From positions 160,001-224,000 of the forward strand of contig CBDCSU010000005.1 of the NCBI GenBank assembly GCA_965221775.1: 64,000 nt of DNA, written 5' to 3'. Below the pieces are notes generated by a model. The model ran no database searches and was not told where the DNA came from. It worked only from the letters and a program-made list of their open reading frames with translations. The stretch comes from Candidatus Latescibacterota bacterium (GTDB lineage: Bacteria > Latescibacterota > UBA2968 > UBA8231). Below are positions 36,166-45,080 of this stretch, piece by piece (position 1 is the stretch's first letter; each line of letters begins with the position of its first letter). Position numbers and translations under genes: made by a program.

Positions 36166-37092
36166 TCAGACACCGGTTTCGAGACCGCTCATCTCCTCGG
36201 CGGTGCCCGCGGTCTCCACCCTCAGGCCGCGGAGAATGCGTCGGCTCAGGCCCTTCAGCACGCTGCCGGGACCGACCTCGAAGGCCCGGTCCACCCCCAT
36301 GGCGGAGAGGGCCTGCACCGACTCGGTCCAGCGCACGGGCGCCGTCATCTGCTCGAAGAGGAGGCGGCGCAGGGCGCGGGGATCGGTCTCGGGGGCGGCG
36401 GTCACGTTGGTCACCACGGGCACCGACGGGGGGCTGAACCGGGTCGCCGCCAGGCGCTGGGACAGGCCTTCGGCAGCCGACGCCATGAGAGGGGAGTGAA
36501 AGGCACCGCTCACCGGCAGCTCGACGACCCGCCGGGCGCCGGCCTTCTCGGCGGCGGCCATGGCCCTCTCCACCGCTCCCGCCTCGCCGGACAGGACCAC
36601 CTGGCCCGGGGAGTTGTAGTTCGCGGGTACCACCTCGGGGCCGATCTCCTCGCACAGACCCGCCACGACGTGGTCGTCGAGGCCGATGACGGCCGCCATC
36701 TTGCCCGGCCGCTCGGCGCCGGCGGCCTGCATCAGGCGCCCCCGCTCGCGCACCAGGGACAGGCCCTCGGAAAAGTCCAGCACCCCGGCGGCGGTGAGGG
36801 CCGAGTACTCCCCGAGGCTGTGGCCGGCCACCGCGTCCGGGTGAAGGCCGGCCTCGGCCAGCAGGCGGGCGGCGGCGACGCTGTGCACGTACACCGCCGG
36901 CTGGGTGATCTCGGTCTGGCTGAGGCGCTCCATCGGCCCCTCGAAGCAGACCCGCGAGAGGTCGAATCCGAGAATCCCGTCGGCCTCCTCGAAGGTCTCC
37001 CGGACCATGGGATAGCGCTCCCGGAGATCGGCCCCCATGCCGACGAACTGGGAAGCCTGGCCCGGAAACAGAAAGGCGGTCCGGGCGCTCAC
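36166..37092 (-). CDS. fabD: Malonyl-CoA:ACP transacylase
   Basis: FPGQASQ, AGHSLGEYSA, SGAFHSPLM. Confidence 0.97.
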   Translation of the reverse strand: MSARTAFLFPGQASQFVGMGADLRERYPMVRETFEEADGILGFDLSRVCFEGPMERLSQTEITQPAVYVHSVAAARLLAEAGLHPDAVAGHSLGEYSALTAAGVLDFSEGLSLVRERGRLMQAAGAERPGKMAAVIGLDDHVVAGLCEEIGPEVVPANYNSPGQVVLSGEAGAVERAMAAAEKAGARRVVELPVSGAFHSPLMASAAEGLSQRLAATRFSPPSVPVVTNVTAAPETDPRALRRLLFEQMTAPVRWTESVQALSAMGVDRAFEVGPGSVLKGLSRRILRGLRVETAGTAEEMSGLETGV

Positions 37093-38096
37093 GAGACCCG
37101 GCTCCAGCGCATGAGGACGCTGCCCCAGGTGAGACCGGCGCCGACGGCGGTCATCTGCACCAGGTCTCCGGGCTCAAGGCGGCCTTCTTCCGCCGCCTCG
37201 GAGAGGGCGATGGGCACGGTACCGGCCGTGGTGTTGGCATAGCGTTCGATGTTGCTCAGCACGCGCTCTTCCTCCAGGCCCATGCGCTCGGCGGTGGCGG
37301 TGATGATCCGCTGGTTCGCCTGGTGCGGGACGAACAGCTTCAGGTCCTTCGGGGTCAGTCCGTTGCGCTCCAGCAGGGAGAGCGAGACCTCCGCCATCCG
37401 CTGGATGGCGAAGCGGAAGACCGCCCGTCCCTCCTGGTGAAGGTAGTGGTCCCGGGCTTCCACCGTCTCCCGGGTCGCCGGGTGCAGGCTGCCGCCGGCG
37501 CGGATGAAGAGGTCCTTGCCTCCGCGGCCGTCGGCGTGCAGCTCGAAGTCGACGATCCCCTCGTCCTCAACCTGCGCCGGCTCGAGCAGAACCCCTCCGG
37601 CGCCGTCGCCGAAGAGGACGCAGGTGGCGCGGTCGGTAGGATCGACGACGGCGCTCATCTTGTCGGCGCCGATGACCATCACCTTGCGGTGCGCCCCGGT
37701 GGCGATGAACTGGGCCCCGGAGACCAGGGCGTAGACGAACCCGGAGCAGGCGGCCTGGAGATCGAAGGCCCAGGCGCCGGTGGCGCCGACGGCCGCCTGC
37801 ACCAGGCAGGCCGTGGACGGCAGGAGCATGTCGGGCGTCATCGTCGCCACGATGATCAGATCGACCTCCTCGGCGGCGGTCCCGGTGCGCCGGAGCAGCC
37901 CTTCGGCCACCTGGGTGGCCAGGGCGGAGGTGCCGGCGTCTTCGAGAATCCTGCGCTCGCGGATTCCGGTGCGCTCGCGGATCCAGACATCGGAACTGTC
38001 GACGACCCGTTCCAGATCGGAGTTGGTGACGACCTTTTCGGGGAGGGCGCGCTCCACCGCCGTGATCGCCGCGACGGCGGCATGCGCAGGGGACAC
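37089..38096 (-). CDS. fabH: 3-oxoacyl-ACP synthase III
   Basis: WIRERTGIRERR, AACSGF, LFGDGAG, PHQANQRI, YANTT, GAGLTWG. Confidence 0.95.
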   Translation of the reverse strand: MSPAHAAVAAITAVERALPEKVVTNSDLERVVDSSDVWIRERTGIRERRILEDAGTSALATQVAEGLLRRTGTAAEEVDLIIVATMTPDMLLPSTACLVQAAVGATGAWAFDLQAACSGFVYALVSGAQFIATGAHRKVMVIGADKMSAVVDPTDRATCVLFGDGAGGVLLEPAQVEDEGIVDFELHADGRGGKDLFIRAGGSLHPATRETVEARDHYLHQEGRAVFRFAIQRMAEVSLSLLERNGLTPKDLKLFVPHQANQRIITATAERMGLEEERVLSNIERYANTTAGTVPIALSEAAEEGRLEPGDLVQMTAVGAGLTWGSVLMRWSRVS

Positions 38097-38241
38097 GGGG
38101 GAGACCTTCGGCGCCGTCCGGGTTCAGACTCGCGGTGCGACGGAAACGGCGGTCGATGGGCCGTGAGCCCGCACCGGCGGGCGGGCCTCGATCTGGCTCC
38201 CGGCGCGAGCCCGGGCGGACCTGGTCAAGGGACGCTGGTCC

Positions 38242-38424
38242 CTAGTCCGAGGGTTCGAGGTAGGCGCGGCCCCGGTAGTGGCCGCAACTCTTGCAGACGC
38301 GGTGGGGGCGGGCCGGCTGGCCGCAGTTGGGACAGGTGGTGACGGTCGCGGCCCTGAGCTTCCAGTGGGTACGGCGCTTGTCGCGGCGGGTGCGTGAGAT
38401 CCTTCGCTTCGGTACGGCGGCCAT
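38242..38424 (-). CDS. rpmF: 50S ribosomal protein bL32 (Zn-binding C+ form)
   Basis: [20 protein letters not shown]...CPNCG...[11 protein letters not shown]. Confidence 0.95.
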   Translation of the reverse strand: MAAVPKRRISRTRRDKRRTHWKLRAATVTTCPNCGQPARPHRVCKSCGHYRGRAYLEPSD

Positions 38425-38432
38425 CTTCTCTC

Positions 38433-38999
38433 TCAGCTCCTTTGACTCGTCTGTTGCTTCAGTTGGGCGAGGACCTCCCACCGGGGGTCGTCGACCTGGT
38501 CCGCGCAGGAGCAGGCGACGCGGTTTCGATCCTCACCGCACCGGGGGCACAGGCCCAGGCAGTCGGGCTTGCAGTAGATCCGCAGGGGCATCTCCAGCAC
38601 GAGAGCGTCGTGCAGGCGCTCGAGGAGGTCCACCTCCTTGACCCCCGGGTCGACGATGTCGACCTCGTCCTCCTCCTCCAACGCCTCGATCTCGTCCTCG
38701 GTGGCCTCCTTGCGCTGAAGGAGGAACTGCATCTGCGCCCGGAGCGGGGCGAAGGCCGGGGCCAGGCAGCGGCAGCACTCGCCGCGCAGCCTGGCTCGGA
38801 GCGACCCGCTCACCGTGAACATCTGCAGGCTGCGGCCCACCCTCAGGGTGACAGCGACGGGCCCGTCGAAGTCGAAGTCGGCGTCCGCCAGATCGAGTTG
38901 CTCCGGATCGATGTCGAAGGAGCCCTCGCTCCGGCCCTCCTCGACCTCGTCGAGAAGGATCGTCGTCGGCTGGCCGGGGAGGCTCGGCAGGAGGGACAC
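38433..38999 (-). CDS. yceD: DUF177 / YceD family protein
   Basis: ECCRCL and [13 protein letters not shown]...CSC, DPRW motifs. Immediately upstream of rpmF. Confidence 0.9.
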   Translation of the reverse strand: MSLLPSLPGQPTTILLDEVEEGRSEGSFDIDPEQLDLADADFDFDGPVAVTLRVGRSLQMFTVSGSLRARLRGECCRCLAPAFAPLRAQMQFLLQRKEATEDEIEALEEEDEVDIVDPGVKEVDLLERLHDALVLEMPLRIYCKPDCLGLCPRCGEDRNRVACSCADQVDDPRWEVLAQLKQQTSQRS

Positions 39000-39012
39000 G
39001 GGCTCCTGCTCC

Positions 39013-39414
39013 CTAGAAGAAGAACCCGATCTCGCGGACCGCGTTCTCCGGAGAATCGGAGGCGTGCACGGCGTTGCACTGCACGTCGGTGCCGAAGTCC
39101 GCCCGGATCGTTCCCGGCGCCGCCCGGGTGCTGTCGGTCTCGCCGATGAACCGCCGCAGATGGGCGACGGCGTCGGGGGCCTCCAGCACCACCGGCACCA
39201 CGGGGCCCGAGGTCATGAAGGCCACCAGCTCGTGGTAGAAGGGCCGCTCCCGGTGGACCTCGTAGAACGCCCGCGCCCGCTCCTGGGTGAGCCGCTCCAT
39301 TCGCAGCTCCCGCAGCAGGAATCCCTCGCCCTCCAGCCGCGCCAGGATCTGTCCCACGGCGTTCCTGGCTACGGCGTCGGGCTTGACGATGAGGAGCGTA
39401 CGCTCCGTTTCCAC
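39013..39414 (-). CDS. ndk: Nucleoside diphosphate kinase
   Basis: GTG start at 39414. ERTLLIVKPDAV, FMTSGP, PGTIRADFG, NAVHASDS. Confidence 0.95.
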   Translation of the reverse strand: METERTLLIVKPDAVARNAVGQILARLEGEGFLLRELRMERLTQERARAFYEVHRERPFYHELVAFMTSGPVVPVVLEAPDAVAHLRRFIGETDSTRAAPGTIRADFGTDVQCNAVHASDSPENAVREIGFFF

Positions 39415-39443
39415 CCGCAACCGTCCCTCGCGCGAAACCGGCG

Positions 39444-39475
39444 AAAAAGCGGCCGGAGCGGACACCGCTCCGGCC
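39444..39475 (-). terminator. Terminator/attenuator-like hairpin in the ndk 5' leader
   Basis: Minus strand GGCCGGAGCGG-TGT-CCGCTCCGGCC (11-bp perfect stem), then GC-TTTTT, between the promoter and ndk. Confidence 0.5.
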
Positions 39476-39490
39476 TGACATAAGTGCATG

Positions 39491-39519
39491 AATTTAGGGG
39501 CTATTAGGACAACTGTCAA
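39491..39519 (-). promoter_or_regulatory. Near-consensus sigma70 promoter for the ndk-yceD-rpmF-fab run
   Basis: Minus strand TTGACA(39519-39514)-N17-TAAATT(39496-39491). Confidence 0.8.
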
Positions 39520-39537
39520 CGTGTCGGAAAGCGCCGC

Positions 39538-39566
39538 TTGACAGGGTTTTTCGTGCCGGGTAGATT
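39538..39566 (+). promoter_or_regulatory. Near-consensus sigma70 promoter for the HD-rlmI-uvrC-xerD run
   Basis: TTGACA(39538-39543)-N17-TAGATT(39561-39566), with the ATG 8 nt downstream. Confidence 0.8.
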
Positions 39567-39574
39567 GCCGCGGG

Positions 39575-40930
39575 ATGCCCCTCCACCCCCTGCTCGAGGA
39601 GGATGGCAAGGCCATCCGGGATCCGGTGTGGGGCTATGTCCACATCCCCGGTCCGCTGCTGGCCCTCGTCGACACCGAGGACTTCCAGCGGCTTCGCACC
39701 ATCAGCCAGCTCGGCTTCGTCCACCTCGTCTATCCCGGCGCCCGCCACTCCCGCTTCGAGCACTCCCTCGGCGTCTATCACCTGGCCAAGCAGTTCCTCG
39801 TCCGGCTGCTGCGGTCGGACCACCCCCTGGTCCTCGACGACCAGGACGTGCGCGTCTTCCTCGCCGCCACCCTGCTCCACGACATCGGCCACTATCCCTT
39901 CTCCCACACCCTCGAGGAACTGACCTCCTTCTTCGTCAGCCACGAGCAGCGGGCCCGCCGCCTGATCGAAGACCCTGCCGGCGAGATCTCCCGCGTCCTG
40001 CGCGAGGAGCTCGACATCGACCCGGTGCGGGTGGCCAACGTCATCGACTACGCCGCCAAGGACCGCGAGATCCCGCAGCGCGACCTGATGCTGGCCCGCA
40101 TCCTGAGCGGGACCCTCGACCCCGACAAGATCGACTACCTGCTGCGCGACTCCCTGTTCTGCGGGGTCCCCTTCGGCGAGAGCGTCAACCGCGACCGCCT
40201 GATCGCCGCCATCACCTACGACGCGCGGCGGCGCCAGCTGGCCATCCGCAGCAAGGGCGTCTCGGCCGTGGAGTCCCTGGCCTTCACCAACTACCTCATG
40301 TACCGCAACGTGTACTGGCACCACGCGGTGCGCTCGGCCACGGCGATGTTCAAGCGCTCGGTGCAGGAGGTCCTGCAGCACCCCCGCAGCGGCATCCGGG
40401 TCACCGACTTCCACCGGGTCACCGAGGGCGAGCTGCTCATGGCCCTGCGCGCCGAGCAGGACCGGCTCGGCCTGGAGGGCGCCCGGGCCCTCCTCGACGG
40501 GGTCGTGCACCGGCGGCTGCACAAGCTGGCCGCCTACATCTACCCCGGAGAGCGCAAGGAGGGGTTGCTCCACTATCTCTACGAGCTCTACCAGCATCCC
40601 GACCGGCGCCGCCTCAAGGAGATCGACCTGAGCCGGCGCTTCGGCGAGCGGCTCGGACGCCCCATCACCGGCCACGAGATCCTCATCGACATCCCCAGCT
40701 TCCACAAGACGCCCCAGGTCGACCTCAAGGTCTTCTACGGCGCCGCCGTGCCCTCCGACAAGCCGCAGCCCCTGAGCTTCGACGACCCCGAGGTCTCCCG
40801 CCTGCGCGAGTCGCTGGTGGACAACTTCGAGGACCAGGCCCGGATCTTCCGCGTGTTCTGCGTCGCCGACGCCGAGCTCCTGTCCCTGGCCTCCGAGGAG
40901 GCGAAGGGCCACCTCGGCGCCCACCGCTGA
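39575..40930 (+). CDS. HD-superfamily phosphohydrolase, SAMHD1/YwfO-like putative dNTP triphosphohydrolase
   Basis: IRDPVWG, FQRLRTISQLG, YPGARHSRFEHSLG, LLHDIGHYPFSH, DPDKIDYLLRD, MYRNVYWH. Confidence 0.85.
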   Translation: MPLHPLLEEDGKAIRDPVWGYVHIPGPLLALVDTEDFQRLRTISQLGFVHLVYPGARHSRFEHSLGVYHLAKQFLVRLLRSDHPLVLDDQDVRVFLAATLLHDIGHYPFSHTLEELTSFFVSHEQRARRLIEDPAGEISRVLREELDIDPVRVANVIDYAAKDREIPQRDLMLARILSGTLDPDKIDYLLRDSLFCGVPFGESVNRDRLIAAITYDARRRQLAIRSKGVSAVESLAFTNYLMYRNVYWHHAVRSATAMFKRSVQEVLQHPRSGIRVTDFHRVTEGELLMALRAEQDRLGLEGARALLDGVVHRRLHKLAAYIYPGERKEGLLHYLYELYQHPDRRRLKEIDLSRRFGERLGRPITGHEILIDIPSFHKTPQVDLKVFYGAAVPSDKPQPLSFDDPEVSRLRESLVDNFEDQARIFRVFCVADAELLSLASEEAKGHLGAHR

Positions 40931-40961
40931 GGCGGACCCGGCGGCCGAGGGGCAAGACCCG

Positions 40962-42161
40962 TTGAGCAGCTACCCTGAACTGCGCCTGCGCCCCAATGCC
41001 GAGCGGTTGTTGATCAAGGGGCATCCCTGGGTGTTCAGCGGCGCCGTCGCCGCCCGTCACGCCGACGCCCGCCGCGGGTCGATCGTCGACGTGGTCAACG
41101 ACCGCGGACGCTTCATCGGGCGGGGCACCGCCAACCCCGGCGCCGAGATCGCCGTCCGCATGCTCACCCGGCGGCCGGACCACCTGATCGATGCCGGCTT
41201 CATCCGCAGCCGGGTCGAGCGCGCCGTGGAGCTGCGCCGCCGCAACCCGCTGCTGCACGGCGTCGAGGCCCTGCGCCTCGTGCACGGCGAGAGCGACGGC
41301 CTGCCGGGCCTGGTGGTGGACGACTACGCGGGCTGGGCGGTCTTCCAGATCCACACCGCCGGCATGGAGGCCATGCGCGAGTGGGTGGTCGCCGCTGTTC
41401 TCGAAGTGATCTCCCCCCGCGGCCTGTACGAGCGCAGCGACGTGGGCACGCGCCGCGCCGAGGGTTTGCGCGACCGGCCCACGGGCCTGGCCGCCGGCGC
41501 AGAGCCGCCCGGGCTGATCGAGTTCCGCGAAGGGGAGGTGCCGCTGGCGGTGGACGTGCGCCGGGGCCAGAAGACCGGGTTCTTCCTCGATCAGCGGGAC
41601 AACCGGCGCCTGCTGGGCCGCGTCGCCCCCGGGCGCTCCCTGCTCAACGTCTTCGCCTACACGGGAGGGTTCACCGCCCACGCGCGTCACGCCGGCGCGG
41701 TGAGCAGCCTCGACGTCGATCTCTCTCCGCAGGCCCTGCGCCTGGGGCGGCGCATCGCCGGCGGGCTGGGCGGCGGTCCCCACCGGTCGTTGGCGGCCGA
41801 GGCCTTTTCCTGCCTCGACCACCTCGCCGAGGGCGGACACCGCTACGGGATCGTCGTCCTCGATCCGCCTTCCCTGGTGCGCAAGGGCCGCGATCTCAAG
41901 CACGCCATGGGCGTCTACACCAAGCTCAACCGCAACGGCTTCCGTCTGGTGGAAAACGGCGGCTACCTGCTCACCTCCTCCTGCTCCACCCGGGTCACGG
42001 ACGAGGACTTCTTCCAGGTGGTCAGGCGAGCCGCCTCCGGGGCGCGGGTCGACGCCCGCATCGTGGCCCGCACCCATCACCCGGCCGACCACGTCGTCGA
42101 CCCGGCCTTCCCCGAAGGGCGCTACCTCAGCTCGGCCCTGGTCCAGGTCGACCGCGGGTGA
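40962..42161 (+). CDS. RlmI/RlmK-family class I SAM-dependent rRNA methyltransferase with PUA domain
   Basis: GHPWVF, RLVHGESDGLPGLVVD, GQKTGFFLDQRDNR, LNVFAYTGGF, LDPP, FPEGRYL. Confidence 0.9.
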   Translation: MSSYPELRLRPNAERLLIKGHPWVFSGAVAARHADARRGSIVDVVNDRGRFIGRGTANPGAEIAVRMLTRRPDHLIDAGFIRSRVERAVELRRRNPLLHGVEALRLVHGESDGLPGLVVDDYAGWAVFQIHTAGMEAMREWVVAAVLEVISPRGLYERSDVGTRRAEGLRDRPTGLAAGAEPPGLIEFREGEVPLAVDVRRGQKTGFFLDQRDNRRLLGRVAPGRSLLNVFAYTGGFTAHARHAGAVSSLDVDLSPQALRLGRRIAGGLGGGPHRSLAAEAFSCLDHLAEGGHRYGIVVLDPPSLVRKGRDLKHAMGVYTKLNRNGFRLVENGGYLLTSSCSTRVTDEDFFQVVRRAASGARVDARIVARTHHPADHVVDPAFPEGRYLSSALVQVDRG

Positions 42162-42169
42162 GGTCCACC

Positions 42170-44032
42170 GTGAGGAAACCGCTCAGCGACGACCTGCGGC
42201 TGAAGCTCGAGGCCCTGCCCACGGGGCCCGGCGTCTACCGCATGAAAGACGAGGCGGCGAAGGTCCTGTACGTGGGCAAGGCCAAGAGCCTGCGCAGCCG
42301 CGTGCGCTCCTACTTCCAGGAGTCCGGGGTGGCCGAGCGGGGTCCGCGGATCGAGGCCCTGGTGGCCCGGGTGGCCGACGTGGACTGCATCGTCACCCAG
42401 ACCGAGGGCGAGGCGCTGATCCTCGAGGCCGAGCAGATCAAGGCCTGGCACCCGCGCTACAACATCAACCTCAAGGACGACAAGAAGTACCCCTTCATCC
42501 GCATCACCGACGAGGACTACCCCCGCATCTACTGGACCCGGGACCTGGTCCGCGACGGATCGCGCTACCTCGGGCCGTACAGCAACGCCCGGCACATGCG
42601 CACCATGCTCGACGTGATGCACAAGGTCTTCCCCGTTCGCAGCTGCCGCTACGACCTCCCCGACCCCAAGGTCAAGCTGTGCATGGAGTACCAGATCCGG
42701 CGCTGCGAGGGGCCTTGCGAGGACCTGGTGAGCCGCGAGCAGTACCGCGGCACGGTGAGCCAGGCGACGCGCTTCCTCAAGGGCGACAAGACCAGCGTCA
42801 TCCGCGAGCTGAAGACGCGCATGGCGGAGGCCGCGGACCAGCAGCGCTTCGAGCAGGCCGCCCGCCACCGCGACCAGATCCGCGCCCTCGAGCTCTACCA
42901 GTCGCGGCAGAAGGTCGTCCTCGAGGAGAAGGTCGACCGCGACGTGGTCGGCCTCGCCCGCCACGACGACGAGGCCTGCTGCGCCGTGCTGGAGATCCGG
43001 GAGGGCCGCCTGGTGGGCGAGAAGCACCACTTCCTGAGCGGCGTCATGGAGGCCGCCGACGGCGAGGTGCTCTCCGCCTTCCTGCGGCAGTTCTACCTGC
43101 AGACCGACTTCATCCCGCGCCAGGTCCACGTCAGCCACGACCTGGAGGACGCGGACCACATCTCCGCCTGGCTCACCGGCAAGGGGGACGGGCCCCGGGT
43201 CGAGGTCGCCGCCTACCAGCGCGGTCTCAAGGCACGCGCCCAGGACATGGCCGACAGCAACGCCGCCCACCTGATGGAGGAACGGCGCCTCAAGAGGGAG
43301 GCCCGGCGCGACCGCGTCCCCCAGTCGGTGCAGGCCCTGCACCGGGACCTGACCCTGCCACGCCTGCCGCGGCGCATCGAGGGCGTCGACATCTCCACCT
43401 TCCAGGGCAGCGACACCGTCGGCTCCGTGGTCGTCATGGTCGACGGCAAGCCGCGGCGCAGCGAGTACCGCCACTTCCGCATCCGCGGCGGCGAGGGCCG
43501 GCCCGACGACTTCGCCGCCATCCGCGAGGTCGTGGAGCGGCGCTTCCGCGGACTCTCCGAGCGGGGGGAGCCCGGCCCCGACCTGCTGATGATCGACGGC
43601 GGCAAGGGACAGCTGTCGAGCGCCATCGAGGCCCTGGGGGCCCTGGGCGTGGACGGCCTCGCCGTGGTCGGGCTGGCCAAGAAGCTCGAGGAGCTCTTCC
43701 TGCCGGGCCAGGGCGATCCCGTGGTCCTGCCGCGGACCTCGGCGAGCCTGCGCATGCTGCAGGTCCTGCGCGACGAGGCCCACCGCTTCGCCGTGAGCTA
43801 CCACCGCAAGCTGCGCACCCGGCGCACCCTCGGGTCGGACCTGGACGGCGTGCCCGGCATCGGCCCCGGTCGCCGGCAGGCGCTGCTGCAGGCCTTCGGG
43901 TCCCTGCGCCGGCTGCGCGAGGCCGGGGTGGATGAGATCGCCGGCGTCAAGGGCTTCAGCCACAAGCTCGCCCGCCAACTGAAGAGCCACCTGGCCGCCG
44001 ACCGGGACGACCCGGGAGAAAGCCGGTCCTGA
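42170..44032 (+). CDS. uvrC: Excinuclease ABC subunit C
   Basis: PGVYRM, YVGKAKSLRSRVRSYF, PRYNINLKDDKKYP, IEGVDIS, IDGGKGQ, RDEAHRFA, HhH GIGP. Confidence 0.97.
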   Translation: MRKPLSDDLRLKLEALPTGPGVYRMKDEAAKVLYVGKAKSLRSRVRSYFQESGVAERGPRIEALVARVADVDCIVTQTEGEALILEAEQIKAWHPRYNINLKDDKKYPFIRITDEDYPRIYWTRDLVRDGSRYLGPYSNARHMRTMLDVMHKVFPVRSCRYDLPDPKVKLCMEYQIRRCEGPCEDLVSREQYRGTVSQATRFLKGDKTSVIRELKTRMAEAADQQRFEQAARHRDQIRALELYQSRQKVVLEEKVDRDVVGLARHDDEACCAVLEIREGRLVGEKHHFLSGVMEAADGEVLSAFLRQFYLQTDFIPRQVHVSHDLEDADHISAWLTGKGDGPRVEVAAYQRGLKARAQDMADSNAAHLMEERRLKREARRDRVPQSVQALHRDLTLPRLPRRIEGVDISTFQGSDTVGSVVVMVDGKPRRSEYRHFRIRGGEGRPDDFAAIREVVERRFRGLSERGEPGPDLLMIDGGKGQLSSAIEALGALGVDGLAVVGLAKKLEELFLPGQGDPVVLPRTSASLRMLQVLRDEAHRFAVSYHRKLRTRRTLGSDLDGVPGIGPGRRQALLQAFGSLRRLREAGVDEIAGVKGFSHKLARQLKSHLAADRDDPGESRS

Positions 44033-44036
44033 GCCG

Positions 44037-45017
44037 ATGGCAGGCGGCGAGTCGAAGCCGCGCCCCGGGGGGCCGGCGCCGGCCGCCGGCATGAGCGCCG
44101 GCCGGGCACCGGTGGAGCTGCCCGCCGTCCTCGCCGAGGCCCTCGGCGAGTTCCTCGACAGCCTCGCCCGGGAGGCAGGCCTGACGGCGAGCACGAGATC
44201 CTCCTACGGACGCGACCTGCAGAGCTACCTGGCCCTGGCCGCCGGACTCGGGGCCCGGCGGCTCCCGGAGCTCACCGCGGAGGTGGCGGCCGGCCACGTG
44301 ACCGGCCTCGTCGAGGCGGGACGCTCGCCGGCCACGGTGGCGCGCGCGGTCTCCTCCATGCGGCGGTTCCACGAGTACCTGCAGACCACCGGGCGCTGTC
44401 CCGAAGACCCCACCGCGGGGCTGAGAGCCCCGAGGGTAGCCCGCCGGGAGCCGGACCCCCTCACCGTGGAGGAGGCGGAACGCCTCGTGAACGCCGTCCG
44501 CGGCGACGAGCCCCTGGAGCTGAGGGACCGTGCCGTGCTGGAGGTGCTCTACGCCACGGGGATGCGGGTCTCGGAGCTGACGGCGCTGCGGACGCCGGAC
44601 CTGCTGCTGCACAGCAGCCTGGTACGGGTCCACGGCCGCGGCGCCCGCGAGCGCATGGTGCCCCTAGGCCGGCCGGCGGCCGAGGCAGCCGAGGGCTATG
44701 CTCGCCGGGGGCGTCCCCGCCTGGCCGGGGACGGATCGGAGGACATCCTCTTCCTCGGCGCCAGGGGAGGTGCCATGTCCCGCATGAACGTGTGGAAGGT
44801 CATCCGCGCCGCCGCCCGCGACGCCGGCATCGAGCGGCCGGTGAATCCCCAGACCCTGCGCCACACCTTCGCCGCCCATCTCCTCGAGGGGGGGTTCGGC
44901 CTGAGCGACGTGCAGCACCTGCTGGGGCACTCGGACATCTCGACGACCTTGATCTACGCGCGTCCCGACGAGCAGCGTCTGCGGGAGCTGCACCGCACCT
45001 TCCACCCCCGGGGGTGA
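44037..45017 (+). CDS. xerD: XerD-like tyrosine recombinase with atypical catalytic residues
   Basis: RDRAVLEVLYATGMRVSEL, LRHTFA, VQHLLGHSDISTTLIY, C-terminal FHPRG. Canonical K and first H are replaced by R and Q. Confidence 0.7.
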   Translation: MAGGESKPRPGGPAPAAGMSAGRAPVELPAVLAEALGEFLDSLAREAGLTASTRSSYGRDLQSYLALAAGLGARRLPELTAEVAAGHVTGLVEAGRSPATVARAVSSMRRFHEYLQTTGRCPEDPTAGLRAPRVARREPDPLTVEEAERLVNAVRGDEPLELRDRAVLEVLYATGMRVSELTALRTPDLLLHSSLVRVHGRGARERMVPLGRPAAEAAEGYARRGRPRLAGDGSEDILFLGARGGAMSRMNVWKVIRAAARDAGIERPVNPQTLRHTFAAHLLEGGFGLSDVQHLLGHSDISTTLIYARPDEQRLRELHRTFHPRG

Positions 45018-45080
45018 GCGGCGCCGTCCCGGCGTGCGCTCGCTCCGCGTCCGCGGGGAGGGCGCCTGCCGGAGATTGCG

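Noticed and set aside
44037-45080. Tyrosine recombinase as the integrase of a mobile element
   Set aside because: XerD-like length and FHPR C-terminus, in an operon with uvrC. No tRNA target, att repeats or phage/ICE genes nearby.
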